Assembly (NCBI GenBank): GCA_036149055.1
Contig: JAYZQJ010000143.1
Coordinates: 1 to 64,000 of the forward strand
Reading direction: 5' to 3'
Length of the DNA stretch: 64,000 nt
From: Myxococcota bacterium
Lineage (GTDB): Bacteria; Myxococcota_A; Polyangia; Polyangiales; Sandaracinaceae
The notes beneath the pieces are model-generated. The model had not been told where the DNA came from and made no database searches. It saw nothing but the letters and a program-made list of their open reading frames with translations. The position numbers and the translations under genes were made by a program. Position 1 is the first letter of the stretch. Every line of letters starts with the position of its first letter. This document shows, piece after piece, positions 27,518 through 37,444 of this stretch.

Positions 27518-28731
27518 CGGAACACGGTGATCCGCGCCGAGCCGCTCGCGCTGTGGCCCACGATCACGTCGCCCTGCCCGTCGGCGTCGACGTCCGCGAG
27601 GGCCAGCGCGGTCGGCTCGCCGACGGTCAGGCTCGCGCGGGTCGAGAGGCCGCCGTCCTCGGCATTCCAGAGCTCCACCCAGCCGCGATCCTGGCTCGCC
27701 GCCGCGAGCTCGAGCTCCGGATCCGGATCGACGTTCCCGAGCCGCAGCGCCACGAACGGGCGCGCGGCGGCCGACGCGATCTCCACCCACCCGGTGGCGT
27801 CGTAGCCGAACACCCGCAGGGACGATCCGTCGGAGACGACGATCTCGTCGCCCGAGCGCTCCGGGAAGAGATCGCCGACCTCGACCGCGGTGATGACGGG
27901 CGCGTCGACCACCAGCCCCGGTTGCAGCGTCGGCTCGTCGGTCGGGTCGAACACGTGCACCAGGACCCCGACGCCCACCCCGACGAGGGCGACGAAGCGA
28001 CGGCCGTCGGGGTAGCGACCGAACCCCGCCGAGTCGCCGATCGGCGGGAACGTGCGGGTGCTCGTGAGCGAGCGATCGGGGGCGGTGTACGCCAGGTTGC
28101 CCTCTCCGGCGATCACCACCTCGGGCAGCCCGGCCCCGTCGAGCTCGCCCGCGAAGGCCACGCGAGGGCGTGCGAGGCCGCCGAAGGTCGCGTTGGGGGA
28201 CGCGGACCAGCGCATCGTCGAGACGTTGCCCCGGAGGTACTGGATCCGGTCCATCGCCGGGTCGGGGGAGAGGACGTCCAGGGTGCCGTCTCCGTCCCAG
28301 TCGACGAGGGTCGAGACGGTGTTCGGCACCGTGCCCGCCAACGCCTCCGCCGCCTCGGCGCTCAGCCCGCTGCGGTCGCACCCCGTCACGTCGACCCGGA
28401 GGAACGCCACGCCGGGGCCGCTGCTCCCGCGGAGGCTGGCGACGATGTCGCCGTAGCCGTCGCCGTTCAGGTCCTCGACCTGCACCGCGCTCACGCCTTC
28501 GCCGCCGACCACGAAGGGGTTGCTCTGCCACCCGGCGCCCCGGCAGCCGCAGACCCCGGCGTCGGCCGGGCCGGCGTCTCCCGCGTCGGGCTCCTCGCCG
28601 GCGTCGACGGCCGCGTCCACCGCGCCGTCCCGCGGCGGCAGCCCACCGTCGGGCGCGCCCCGCCGGAGCCGGTCGAGGTCCAGCGAGCACGAGGCGCTCA
28701 ACGCGCAGAGCGTGAGCACGAGCGCCCTCAT
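27499..28731 (-). CDS. FG-GAP/VCBS-repeat lipoprotein
   Basis: Signal ending SASC; DLNGDGYGD, DWDGDGTLD and DVDADGQGD motifs. Confidence 0.8.
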   Translation of the reverse strand: MRALVLTLCALSASCSLDLDRLRRGAPDGGLPPRDGAVDAAVDAGEEPDAGDAGPADAGVCGCRGAGWQSNPFVVGGEGVSAVQVEDLNGDGYGDIVASLRGSSGPGVAFLRVDVTGCDRSGLSAEAAEALAGTVPNTVSTLVDWDGDGTLDVLSPDPAMDRIQYLRGNVSTMRWSASPNATFGGLARPRVAFAGELDGAGLPEVVIAGEGNLAYTAPDRSLTSTRTFPPIGDSAGFGRYPDGRRFVALVGVGVGVLVHVFDPTDEPTLQPGLVVDAPVITAVEVGDLFPERSGDEIVVSDGSSLRVFGYDATGWVEIASAAARPFVALRLGNVDPDPELELAAASQDRGWVELWNAEDGGLSTRASLTVGEPTALALADVDADGQGDVIVGHSASGSARITVFRQVCAR

Positions 28732-29429
28732 CGGAACCGCCCCTCGAGCGCGATCGAGCCGGGCCCGACGGAGACGCTCACCGACTCGGTCGGCGCGTCC
28801 CGCGGGGCCTCGACCACGAAGAGCACCACCGTCGCCGCGGCGAGCGCGCCGGTCACGATCCACATCGCGGTGGTGGCGTCGATCCGCGCCTGGACGTCCG
28901 ACGCCGCGAGCTCGCCCTCGGTGCAGCCGCGCGCGTAGCAGCTCGCCTCGAGCTCCGCGTAGGCGTCGTTCGCGAGCGCCCAGGAGAGGCCGATCGCGCC
29001 CGCCGAGGCCGCGGTCGCGCCCAGGCCCACCCAGGACCAGAGCCAGCCGCCCTCGCGCGCCGGCGCGCTCGGATCGGGCGCCGCTTCGGCCGCGCGCGCC
29101 TCGATCAGCTGGAGCCGTCGCCGCGCCTCGGGGGCGGAGCGATCGCCGGGGAGCGCCTCCACGAACGCGCGGTAGGCCTCGGCCGCCTCGTCGTCGCGCC
29201 CCAGCCGCTCGGCGGCGGAGCCGATGTTGAAGAGGAGCAGAGCTCGCCCGCTCAGCGCGTAGGCGCGGCGGAAGTGCGCGAGCGCCTCCTCGTAGGCGTT
29301 GGCAGAGAACGCGTCTCGCCCGGCCTCGAACTCCGCCCGCGCCTCGGCGTCGTCGGACGTCTGCGCGCTCGCGATGGAGGGAGCCAGCAGCAGCGCGACC
29401 AGGAGCCAAGTCACACGAAAGCTCGGCAT
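28728..29429 (-). CDS. Exported TPR protein
   Basis: Signal peptide ending ASA-Q; AEFEAG..FRRAYAL..LLFNIG TPR; C-terminal hydrophobic segments. Confidence 0.82.
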   Translation of the reverse strand: MPSFRVTWLLVALLLAPSIASAQTSDDAEARAEFEAGRDAFSANAYEEALAHFRRAYALSGRALLLFNIGSAAERLGRDDEAAEAYRAFVEALPGDRSAPEARRRLQLIEARAAEAAPDPSAPAREGGWLWSWVGLGATAASAGAIGLSWALANDAYAELEASCYARGCTEGELAASDVQARIDATTAMWIVTGALAAATVVLFVVEAPRDAPTESVSVSVGPGSIALEGRFR

Positions 29430-29443
29430 GGGTCCCGAGGATA

Positions 29444-30424
29444 CTATCGGTCGAGGAGCGCGCGCACCGCGGCGATGGCCGCCCGATCGCGCTCGGCCCA
29501 GTCGCCGCGGATCACGACGTAGGGGCGCCCGCGCGCCTCGAGCGCGTCCCGGCAGCGCGCGAAGAACGCCCGGCGATCCTCTGGCCGGTAGCGGTGCACG
29601 TCGTCGACCCAGGGCACGTCCACGTCGCAGAGGAGCGTCAGGTCGTAGGCGGCGCGATCCGCCTCCTCGCAGATCCAGGCCGGGCAGTCGTCGAAGAGCG
29701 TCTCGGACCAGATCCGGGTGGTGAGCAGATCGCTGTCGCAGAAGAGGACCCGGTTCGCGCGCCGGGCGAGCGCCTGCTCCGAGGCGCGCTGCCCCCTCGC
29801 GATGCGCGGGATGTCCTCGTAGGCGAGCGCGCCCTCCTGCTCGGCGATGAGGAGCTGCGCGTACTCGGGCACCGCGACCGTGTCGAACGCCTCGGCCAGG
29901 GTGCGAGCGAGGGTGCTCTTGCCGGTGGACTCGGGGCCGAACAAGCACACGCGCTGGACGAAGTACGGACGCACGCACTCGGGGAGGAAGCGCCAGTGGC
30001 CGAGGGGATCCTCCCGGACCGCGGTGCCGCTGACCGGGAGCACCGATCGCGCGCGGTCCACCGGCACGAAGGAGGCGCCCAGCACCTGGGCGAGGCGGTG
30101 GCCGTAGCTCTCCGACGCGAAGACGTGGTCGAGCGGCCCCTCGGGCAGCACCCGGCGCAGCGCCGCCTCCCAGATCGCCCAGAACTCCGGGTGCTCGCTC
30201 GGGTCCTGCGGCAGCACCTCGTCGAGGTGCACGACGTGGCAGTCGGGGAAGAGCTCCCGCATCCAGCCGTAGCGGAGGGCGCCGTCGATCGGCTCGTGCG
30301 GCATCGTGCCCACGACCACGGTGAGCCGGTCCACGTAGCGGCGCGCGAACTCGACCAGGTAGACGTGCCCGAGGTGCGGCGGCATGAACTTGCCGAGCAC
30401 CATGCCCGTGGTCGGTCGCGTCAT
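29444..30424 (-). CDS. nadR: NadR-like bifunctional protein (HxGH nucleotidyltransferase plus P-loop kinase), no HTH
   Basis: VLGKFMPPHLGH, VFASESYG, VSGTAVR, GPESTGKST, VPEYA, FCDSD and PWVDD. The ATG overlaps the NRPS stop. Confidence 0.88.
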   Translation of the reverse strand: MTRPTTGMVLGKFMPPHLGHVYLVEFARRYVDRLTVVVGTMPHEPIDGALRYGWMRELFPDCHVVHLDEVLPQDPSEHPEFWAIWEAALRRVLPEGPLDHVFASESYGHRLAQVLGASFVPVDRARSVLPVSGTAVREDPLGHWRFLPECVRPYFVQRVCLFGPESTGKSTLARTLAEAFDTVAVPEYAQLLIAEQEGALAYEDIPRIARGQRASEQALARRANRVLFCDSDLLTTRIWSETLFDDCPAWICEEADRAAYDLTLLCDVDVPWVDDVHRYRPEDRRAFFARCRDALEARGRPYVVIRGDWAERDRAAIAAVRALLDR

Positions 30425-33102
30425 GAGGCCTCGAGCATACGCCGGACGTAGCGGCGGAGGAGCGCCGGATCGGGCGAGGGCGCGACGATCCCGGCGGCCT
30501 CGGCCCGGCGGCGATCGAAGCGTGCGCCGGTGGCCTGAAAGAGATCCATCGCGCGGCGCTCGTCGCGCTCGCCCAGCGCCCGCGAGAGGGCCAGCCGGGT
30601 GGGGGCGTCGATCCGATCGGTCCGCGCGATCGCCTCGCGCGGCGCCGGCTCGAGGCGCACGCCCTCGGCGCGCATCGCCTCGACGAGGGCCGCCAGCGAC
30701 GTCGGCCGCGCGGCGCAGAGGTGAAAGGTCTCGAGCGCGCGATCGGTCCGGGCGCGCAGGACGAGCGTCGCCATCGCCTCGGCCGCGTGGTCGACCGGGG
30801 TGACGTCGAAGCCGAGCGCCGGGGCCGCGTCCTCGGGGTAGACGCCGAGCCGCGCGAGCCCGCGCACGAGCATGCTCAGCCAGTCGTGCGCTGGCGCCGC
30901 GGCGGTGGCGCGATCTCCGGTGAGCAGCCCGAGCCGATGCAGGGTGATCGGGATCGCGCCCTCGGCGCGCCGCACCAGGAGCTCGGCCGCGACCTTGGAC
31001 TGCGCGTAGCCCCCGTACACCTCGCGGGTCGCGGAGAGATCGCCGTCTTCGCGCGCCGGCCGCTCGGCGCGATCGGTCGAGACGAAGACCGACAGGGTGG
31101 AGGCGAGGTGGAACGACGCGCCGGCCTCGAGCGCGAGCCGGAGGGCCTCCGCCGTCCCGTCGAGGTTGGTGGCCCGCAGCGCGGCGAAGGAGCGGGCGAG
31201 GCTCACGGTCGCCGCGCAGTGCACGACCACGTCCACCGCGTCGGTCAGCGCGGCCCAGGTCTCCGGGGCGAGCCCGAGCCCGGGCAGGGACACGTCGCCG
31301 CGGACCACGTCGGGGAGATCGGTGTCGCGCCGCACCAGGCTCACCACCCGGAGCCCGCGCGCGCGGAGCGCGTCGTGGAGGCGGCGCCCGAGGAAGCCGG
31401 TCGCGCCGGTGAGGAGCGCGACGCGGGGAGGGCGCGCGGGGCGGGGCGCGCGCGCGAGGGCGGCCTCGAGCGCGGCCGACGGCCGGGCGACCGCGCGCAG
31501 GGCGGCGAGCGTCATCGTCGACGTCTCCTCCGCGTCGAGCGCCCGGGCGAGGCCGGCCACCGTGGGGTGCGCTTCGACGAGCTCGGGCCCTACGGCGAGC
31601 CCGGCCGCGGCCGCGCGGGCGACCAGATCGACGAGCGCGAACGAGTCGCCGCCCCGCGCGAAGAAGTCGTCGTCGCGCGCCACCGGGACGCCGAGCGCGC
31701 CCTCGAACATCGCCGCCAGCTGCGCCTCGAGCGGCGTCTCGAGCTCGTCTCCGCGGGCCGTGGTGATCGGCGCGTCGGCCAGGGCGGCGAGGTCGACCTT
31801 GCCGGTGGCGCCTCGCGGCAGGGCGTCGACGCGCTCGAGCCACGCCGGGACCATCCAGCCCGGCAGGCGCTCGGCCAGGTGAGCGCGCAGCGCGTCGGCG
31901 GACGCCTCGCCTTCGAAGAACCCGACCAGAGCGTCCCGGGCGCCGAGCCGGCGCTTCTGCACCGCGGCCGCCCGCACCTCGGGGTGCTCCGTCAGCGCGG
32001 CCTCGATCTCCTCGGGCGCCACCAGCCGACCCCGCAGCTTGAGCTGTCGATCGATCCGCCCGAGGAAGACGTACTCGCCGTCTGGCAGGCGCTCGACGCG
32101 ATCGCCGGTGCGGTAGACGCGGGCGCCCTCGAGCGAGGTGAAGCGCTCGTGCGGCCCGTCCCCGAGGTAGCCGCGCGCGACCTGCGGGCCGCCGATCCAG
32201 AGCTCGCCTTCGACGAGGTGATAGTCGACGCCGGGGAGCGGGCGACCGATGCGCGCGCCGTGCGGACGGTCCGGATCGCAGACCCCGAGGCTCGTGCAGA
32301 CGGTGGCCTCGGTAGGGCCGTACACGTTGACGAGGCGCACGCGCGCGGCCCAGCGGCGCACGGCGTCCTCGGCGCAGACCTCGCCGCCGATGACCACCGC
32401 GCGGAGCGACGCCGGGGCGCGGTCGGGGTCGAGGTGAGGCAGCAGCGAGGGAGGCAGATCCACGTGTGTGATCGCGTGGCGGTGGAGCGCCGAGAGCACC
32501 GCCTCGGGCGTCCGGGCGCGCGAGACGAAGAGCGTCGCCCCGGCGGTGAGCGCGGTGAAGACGTCCGAGACCGAGGCGTCGAAGCTCGGCGACAGCACCC
32601 AGAGCGCGCGATCTCCCGGCCGCAGGTCGAACGCCTCCACCTGCGCCGCGAGCATCGAGGGCAGCCCCGCGTGCGTCACCACCACCCCCTTCGGCGCGCC
32701 CGACGAGCCCGAGGTGAAGATCACATACGCCTCGCGGATGGAGTCTTCTCGTCCGATCCCCTGCGTTGGGAAACAAAGAAACTCCGTCCCCGTGTCCGTG
32801 ATCCGGGGGCGGGCGAGGGCGCGCATGGCGGCGCGGCGCTTCTCGGGGAGCCCCGGGTCGAGGGGCATCCAGGCGGCGCCGCAGCGCCAGGCGGCGATCG
32901 CAGAGGTGATCCAGTCGATCGACTTGTCGAGCGCGAGGGCGACGCGCTCGCCCGGGCCGGCCCCGGCCTCGCGGAGCTGCGTCGCCCGCTCGCCGGTCGC
33001 GGCCCAGAGCGCGGCGTAGGTGAGCGCCCGGTCTCCGTCCACGACCGCGAGGGCGTCGGGGCGCGCGGCCGCCTGGGCCTCGATGCGGGCGAGCACGCTC
33101 AT
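30421..33102 (-). CDS. NRPS-like enzyme: adenylation, thiolation and terminal reductase domains (A-T-R)
   Basis: A domain: AYVIFTSGSSGAPKG, FDAS, NVYGPTE, YRTGD, GRIDRQLKLRG, TGKVD. T domain: DFFARGGDS. R domain: LLTGATGFLG, GYAQSK. Confidence 0.93.
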   Translation of the reverse strand: MSVLARIEAQAAARPDALAVVDGDRALTYAALWAATGERATQLREAGAGPGERVALALDKSIDWITSAIAAWRCGAAWMPLDPGLPEKRRAAMRALARPRITDTGTEFLCFPTQGIGREDSIREAYVIFTSGSSGAPKGVVVTHAGLPSMLAAQVEAFDLRPGDRALWVLSPSFDASVSDVFTALTAGATLFVSRARTPEAVLSALHRHAITHVDLPPSLLPHLDPDRAPASLRAVVIGGEVCAEDAVRRWAARVRLVNVYGPTEATVCTSLGVCDPDRPHGARIGRPLPGVDYHLVEGELWIGGPQVARGYLGDGPHERFTSLEGARVYRTGDRVERLPDGEYVFLGRIDRQLKLRGRLVAPEEIEAALTEHPEVRAAAVQKRRLGARDALVGFFEGEASADALRAHLAERLPGWMVPAWLERVDALPRGATGKVDLAALADAPITTARGDELETPLEAQLAAMFEGALGVPVARDDDFFARGGDSFALVDLVARAAAAGLAVGPELVEAHPTVAGLARALDAEETSTMTLAALRAVARPSAALEAALARAPRPARPPRVALLTGATGFLGRRLHDALRARGLRVVSLVRRDTDLPDVVRGDVSLPGLGLAPETWAALTDAVDVVVHCAATVSLARSFAALRATNLDGTAEALRLALEAGASFHLASTLSVFVSTDRAERPAREDGDLSATREVYGGYAQSKVAAELLVRRAEGAIPITLHRLGLLTGDRATAAAPAHDWLSMLVRGLARLGVYPEDAAPALGFDVTPVDHAAEAMATLVLRARTDRALETFHLCAARPTSLAALVEAMRAEGVRLEPAPREAIARTDRIDAPTRLALSRALGERDERRAMDLFQATGARFDRRRAEAAGIVAPSPDPALLRRYVRRMLEAS
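32736..32791 (-). repeat. Intragenic in-frame copy (D) of the GGGACGGAGT repeat, with a degenerate second arm
   Basis: The minus strand reads GGGACGGAGTTTCTTTGTTTCCCAACGCAG...AGAAGACTCCATCC, an AT-rich patch within the GC-rich NRPS gene. Confidence 0.7.
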
Positions 33103-33929
33103 GGGGTGCGCACGTAGTCGACGAGCGCGGAGCCGCGCGAGCGGTTGTCCACGTTGGGGGCGCCGCGGCCGGCCGCGTGGTCGTCGAGCCAGACCACCCG
33201 GAAGTCGAGGCTGTAGCGGGTGGTCCCGCGGCTCTGCGGCCGGGTCGCGTGGAACTGCGCGCCGCTGAAGCGGAGGTTGTCGCCGCGGCGACACGCGAAG
33301 CCGACCGCGGGGCCCGGATCCGGGTCGCCGATCACCCCGGGGTAGCGCGCCTTCAGGCCGTGGTCGCGGTGCTGCCAGCCGATCTTGAGGTCCCAGCCCT
33401 CGCGCACCCAGTCGCCGTACTCGAAGATCTCGGACTCGTTCGGCACCGCCGCCGCGAAGCGCTCCGGGTAGAAGACGAAGGTCTCCTCCTCCGGCAGGTC
33501 GTGGAGCGGGATCCACCAGGTGATCACCGCCTGCGAGTGCGCGTACCAGGTGTCGCGATGCGCCAGGTAGACCGCCTTGGCCCGCGGGTTCTCGTGCCCC
33601 CGGTGCGACACGACCCGCAGCCGGATCGGATCGAAGGCGGCGCGCGCCGGATCCACCCCGCACGCCGCGATCACCTCCCGGACGATCTCGTGCCAGCGCG
33701 GTTCGAGGAACAGCGTCCGGCGCACCCGGCCGATCCGCGCGAAGAGCGTCTCCGGGGAGAGCGCCTCGTGCGCCCTCCGCACGTCGTCCACTCCGAGCTC
33801 CGAGGCGAGCAGCGCCTCCGCCTCGGCGGCCGCGCGGCGCGAGGCCTCGGTGGGCTCGGTCAGGAGCACCGCGCCGTCGTAGAGCGCGGCCCGCGCCGCG
33901 TCCCAGCCGGGATCCTCGCGCCGGATCAC
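33099..33929 (-). CDS. Putative Fe(II)/2-oxoglutarate-type (PhyH-like) oxygenase
   Basis: HRDTWY (HxD), WWIPLHD, a distal H in QFHAT, and RYSLDFR. The GTG overlaps the upstream stop. Confidence 0.7.
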   Translation of the reverse strand: MIRREDPGWDAARAALYDGAVLLTEPTEASRRAAAEAEALLASELGVDDVRRAHEALSPETLFARIGRVRRTLFLEPRWHEIVREVIAACGVDPARAAFDPIRLRVVSHRGHENPRAKAVYLAHRDTWYAHSQAVITWWIPLHDLPEEETFVFYPERFAAAVPNESEIFEYGDWVREGWDLKIGWQHRDHGLKARYPGVIGDPDPGPAVGFACRRGDNLRFSGAQFHATRPQSRGTTRYSLDFRVVWLDDHAAGRGAPNVDNRSRGSALVDYVRTP

Positions 33930-34672
33930 GCCGGCCTCCGCGCGAGCGCGATGCACCGCGGGCTGTCCACGCCGAGCGGCTCGCCGTCGGTGCTGCCGAG
34001 CAGCGTGACCTCCTCGAAGCCGGCCTCGCGCAGCAGCTTCACGATCGTGTGCGGCATCAGCAGCCGCACCGCGCTCTCGTGCCGCACCCGCTCGCCGTCG
34101 GGCAGGAAGTAGGTCCACGTCTTGCGCATCATGCCGGCGCCGAGGTCGAGCCGGGTCTCGCGCACCAGGGTCACCTCGCCCCGTGGCGTCTCGCGTCTCG
34201 TGACGACCCCGGGCTGGAAGCCGCGGAGCACCCCGGGCAGGTTCATCGTGTCGAGCGCGAAGCGGCCGCCCGGGCGCAGGCTCTCGAAGGCCCGCTCGAG
34301 CATGCGCGCGCTGTCGACGTCGTCGGCGGAGTAGCCGAAGCTCGTCCACCAGTTGAACGCCGCGTCGCAGGGCGGATCGGCGACGAAGGCCCGCGCGTCC
34401 CCCGCGTGGAGCGCGACCTCGAGGCCGGCCTCGCGCGCCCGGGCCCGCCCGCGCTCGACGTAGGCCGCCGCCTGATCGACCCCGACGATGTCGCAGCCCC
34501 GCGCGGCGAGCGGGATCGCCAGGCTGCCGACGCCGCAGCACTGGTCGAACACCCGCGCCCCGGCCTCGAGGTCGAGGTGCGCCATCAGGAACCCCACCTC
34601 GCGCGCGTCGTCCTCGCGCTCGAGGAGCACGTCCGCGAGCAGCTCGTCGTAGAGGCCTTCCCACCAGCTCAT
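33926..34672 (-). CDS. Class I SAM-dependent methyltransferase
   Basis: VFDQCCGVG, VGVD, GDAR, WTSFGY and LRPGGRF. Confidence 0.92.
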   Translation of the reverse strand: MSWWEGLYDELLADVLLEREDDAREVGFLMAHLDLEAGARVFDQCCGVGSLAIPLAARGCDIVGVDQAAAYVERGRARAREAGLEVALHAGDARAFVADPPCDAAFNWWTSFGYSADDVDSARMLERAFESLRPGGRFALDTMNLPGVLRGFQPGVVTRRETPRGEVTLVRETRLDLGAGMMRKTWTYFLPDGERVRHESAVRLLMPHTIVKLLREAGFEEVTLLGSTDGEPLGVDSPRCIALARRPA

Positions 34673-36483
34673 CGTGCGTCTCCCAACCCGAAGCGGCGCT
34701 GCAGGAGCGTCGCGGTCAGCGCCAGCATCAGCGCCGGCTCGTGGGCCGCGCGCTCCGAGGTCGGCCGCGCCGCCTGCGCCTCGAGGGCCGCGCGCACGCG
34801 ACCGCGGTCGAGGAACGACGGCAGCGCGTCCCACATCGCCTCGTCTTCGATCAGCGGCGGCGCGAGGAACGGGTGCTTGCGGCGCGTCACCACCTCCTCG
34901 GGGAGCCGCCCGCGCATCACCGCCCGCAGCGCGTGCTTCTCGACGCCGTCGCGGATCTTGTCCTCGAGCGGGAGCCGGAGCGCGACCTCGAACACGCGAT
35001 GATCCAGAAACGGCGTGCGCCCCTCGATCGACGCCGCCATCTCGGTCCCGTCCCCCAGCGTGCGCAGGATGTAGCCGGCGAGCGCGAGCTGGGTCCACGT
35101 CCAGGCGGCGCGCTCCGGCGGCGCGTCCGTGGGCTCACCCGCGTCGAGCTCCTCCGCCAGCCCGGCCCAGGTCTCGCCCGGCTCGATCGGGAGCTCCGGC
35201 GACAGCAGCGCGCGGAAGCGCCCGGCCAGCAGCGCCTTCGCCTCCAGCCAGCTCGGGACGAAGCCCAGCGCGGCGCGCAGCTCCGGCAGCGCGGGCGCCG
35301 GCGCGTCCGGCATCATCACGCCCCGGTAGCGCGCGCTCTCTCGCTCGTGCCGCGCGCTCGCCTCCGCGTCCCCGGCCAGCGCGTCGCGCACCAAGTGGGG
35401 GTAGCCGAGCAGCGCCTCGTCGGCGCCCTCTCCGGTGAGCACTGCCTTCGCGCCCGCCTCCCGGATCGCGCGGGCGAGCAGCAGCTTCGCCGGGAGCTGC
35501 CCGTTGATCGCGAGCCCCTCCGAGAACCACACGGCGTCCGGCAGCGCCTCGCGCATGGCCTCCGGGCGCGCGTCCACCACCGTGTGCGTCGCCCCCAGCC
35601 GCTCGGCCACCGCCCGGGCGTGCGCCGACTCGTCCCAGCCCTCGCCGTCGAAGCGCACGCCGAAGGTGCGCGGCGCCTCGCCCCCCGCGAGCGCGACCAC
35701 CGACGAGGAGTCGAGCCCCCCGCTCAGCGCGAACGCGACCGGCACCGTCGCCCGCGCGCGCAGCCGCGCGGCCTCGGTCAGGGCCTCCGCGAGCTCCTCC
35801 GGCGTGCTCGGGGCGCGGTCGCGATCCCGCGGGTCCCAGTAGCGCCGCAGCGTCACGCGCTCGCCCTCCACCAGCAGCAGGTGCGCCGGCGGCACCGCGC
35901 GCACCCCGTGGAACATCGTGCGCGACGGGGGCAAGTACTGATGCGTCGCCACGTGCGCGAGCGACCGGGCGTCCCAGCGCGCCGGCACGCCCATCGCGAA
36001 CAGCGCCTTGGCCTCCGACGCGACGAGCACCCGCCCCTCGTGCCGGGCCCACACCAGCGGCTTCACCCCGAAGCGATCCCGCGCCGCGACCAGCCGGCGC
36101 CGTCCGGCGTCCCAGAGCGCCATCGCCAGCTCACCCCGCAGCCGCTCGACGAACGCGTCGCCGTGGACGCGGTAGAGGTGCAGCGCCAGCTCCGAGTCGC
36201 TCGAGGTCCGGAAGCGGTGTCCGCGCGCCTCCAGCCCCGCGCGCGCCTCCTCGTGGCCGTAGAGCTCTCCGTTCACGCTCACCGCGAGGTCGCCGTCCAC
36301 GATCGGCTGGGCCGCGTCGTCGCCGCCCACGATCGCGAGCCGCGCGTGCGCCAGCCCCGCGCCGCCCGCCGGGTCGAGCCAGACCGCGTCGCCGTCGGGA
36401 CCCCGGTGACGCAGCGCCGCGACGCCGGCGCGCAGCCGCCGCGCGTCGAGGCCCGGGCCGACCACCGCGACCACCCCGCACAT
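34669..36483 (-). CDS. asnB: Asparagine synthetase B-like glutamine-dependent amidotransferase
   Basis: N-terminal MCG, HRGPD, NGELY, RDRFGVKPL, LSGGLDSS, LTGEGADE and EGRTPFLD. Confidence 0.93.
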   Translation of the reverse strand: MCGVVAVVGPGLDARRLRAGVAALRHRGPDGDAVWLDPAGGAGLAHARLAIVGGDDAAQPIVDGDLAVSVNGELYGHEEARAGLEARGHRFRTSSDSELALHLYRVHGDAFVERLRGELAMALWDAGRRRLVAARDRFGVKPLVWARHEGRVLVASEAKALFAMGVPARWDARSLAHVATHQYLPPSRTMFHGVRAVPPAHLLLVEGERVTLRRYWDPRDRDRAPSTPEELAEALTEAARLRARATVPVAFALSGGLDSSSVVALAGGEAPRTFGVRFDGEGWDESAHARAVAERLGATHTVVDARPEAMREALPDAVWFSEGLAINGQLPAKLLLARAIREAGAKAVLTGEGADEALLGYPHLVRDALAGDAEASARHERESARYRGVMMPDAPAPALPELRAALGFVPSWLEAKALLAGRFRALLSPELPIEPGETWAGLAEELDAGEPTDAPPERAAWTWTQLALAGYILRTLGDGTEMAASIEGRTPFLDHRVFEVALRLPLEDKIRDGVEKHALRAVMRGRLPEEVVTRRKHPFLAPPLIEDEAMWDALPSFLDRGRVRAALEAQAARPTSERAAHEPALMLALTATLLQRRFGLGDAR

Positions 36484-37364
36484 CAGCCCGCGCCCTCCAG
36501 CGCCCGCGCCCAGATCTCCTCGGCCGCGCTCGCCGGGGTCAGGAACGTCTTCACGTCCTCGCGAGAGCCGAACGCGCGGTCGTACTCGGCGAGCGGCAGC
36601 ACCGGCCCGAGCAGGTCGTCGACCAGCGACGGACGCTCCTCGAGCCGCGCGATCGCGTCGTCCATCGGCGCGTAGCGTGCCGTCGCGATCCGGATCTCCC
36701 GCTGCACCGCCGCCGCGACGTCGAACGGCACCGGCGCGTACGGGCGGCTCTTCAACACCAGCGTGCCTCCCGGCCGGAGCGCCGCGATCGCGCGCGTCAG
36801 CGTCTCGGCGGTGGCCCGGGTCTCGATCACGAAGTCGAGGTCCGCGTCCCCCTCGTCGAGCGCCCCGACGTCCGAGAAGCCGGCCTGCGCGAGCACCCGC
36901 CGGGTCAGGGTCGCGATCCGCCCGCCGCCGAGGATCCGGCCGCGCCCGTTCGCCGGCAGCCCGATCCCGAGCACCGCCATCGACGCGGCCATCGGCTCCG
37001 CGTACGCGGCGTGCCGCATCGAGAGCCCTCGGGCCCGATGCAGCGCGCGGCCGGGCACGACGAGCTCCTCCGCGAACGCGCCGTCGCGATCGACCCCGAG
37101 GAACACGTCGCGCTCGAGGGCCGGCATCACGCAGACCGCCTCGCCCGGCGACCACGCCTCCGCCCGGCTCTCCCGGACCACGCCGCAGACCTCGTGCCCG
37201 AGCACCCGCGGCTCGTCGACCGGGATGCGACCCTCGGCGACGTACACGTCGGTGCGGCAGACCCCGACGCACACGACCTCGAGCCGGACGTCGCCCGCGC
37301 CCACCGTCGGCCGCGCGCCCTCGCCCAGCCGCACCCCGCCCCGCTCGCGCCGCAGTCCACGCAT
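36483..37364 (-). CDS. Zn-dependent MDR (alcohol dehydrogenase-like) protein
   Basis: GVCRTD, LGHE, GAFAE and YAEP. The four-Cys structural Zn loop is absent. Confidence 0.85.
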   Translation of the reverse strand: MRGLRRERGGVRLGEGARPTVGAGDVRLEVVCVGVCRTDVYVAEGRIPVDEPRVLGHEVCGVVRESRAEAWSPGEAVCVMPALERDVFLGVDRDGAFAEELVVPGRALHRARGLSMRHAAYAEPMAASMAVLGIGLPANGRGRILGGGRIATLTRRVLAQAGFSDVGALDEGDADLDFVIETRATAETLTRAIAALRPGGTLVLKSRPYAPVPFDVAAAVQREIRIATARYAPMDDAIARLEERPSLVDDLLGPVLPLAEYDRAFGSREDVKTFLTPASAAEEIWARALEGAG

Positions 37365-37444
37365 GGCCCTCACTTTAGTGTCTGGGCGACACAAATCAAT
37401 CCCCGACTTGCGTCTCGCGCCGGGGGCCCCACGCCCCCGAGCAC

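Noticed and set aside
27499..29429. TPR and FG-GAP genes as part of the NRPS-like cluster
   Set aside because: They are co-oriented and only 14 nt downstream, but this TPR plus lipoprotein pairing is a common myxobacterial module (compare 60930-61718), so membership is unsupported.
29444..32776. 1110-aa fusion ORF ending in NadR, and similar long N-terminal extensions of AsnB, the NRPS and the RAYT
   Set aside because: The upstream parts are off-frame read-through of neighbouring genes or repeats. True starts overlap the upstream stops, and AsnB needs Cys at position 2.
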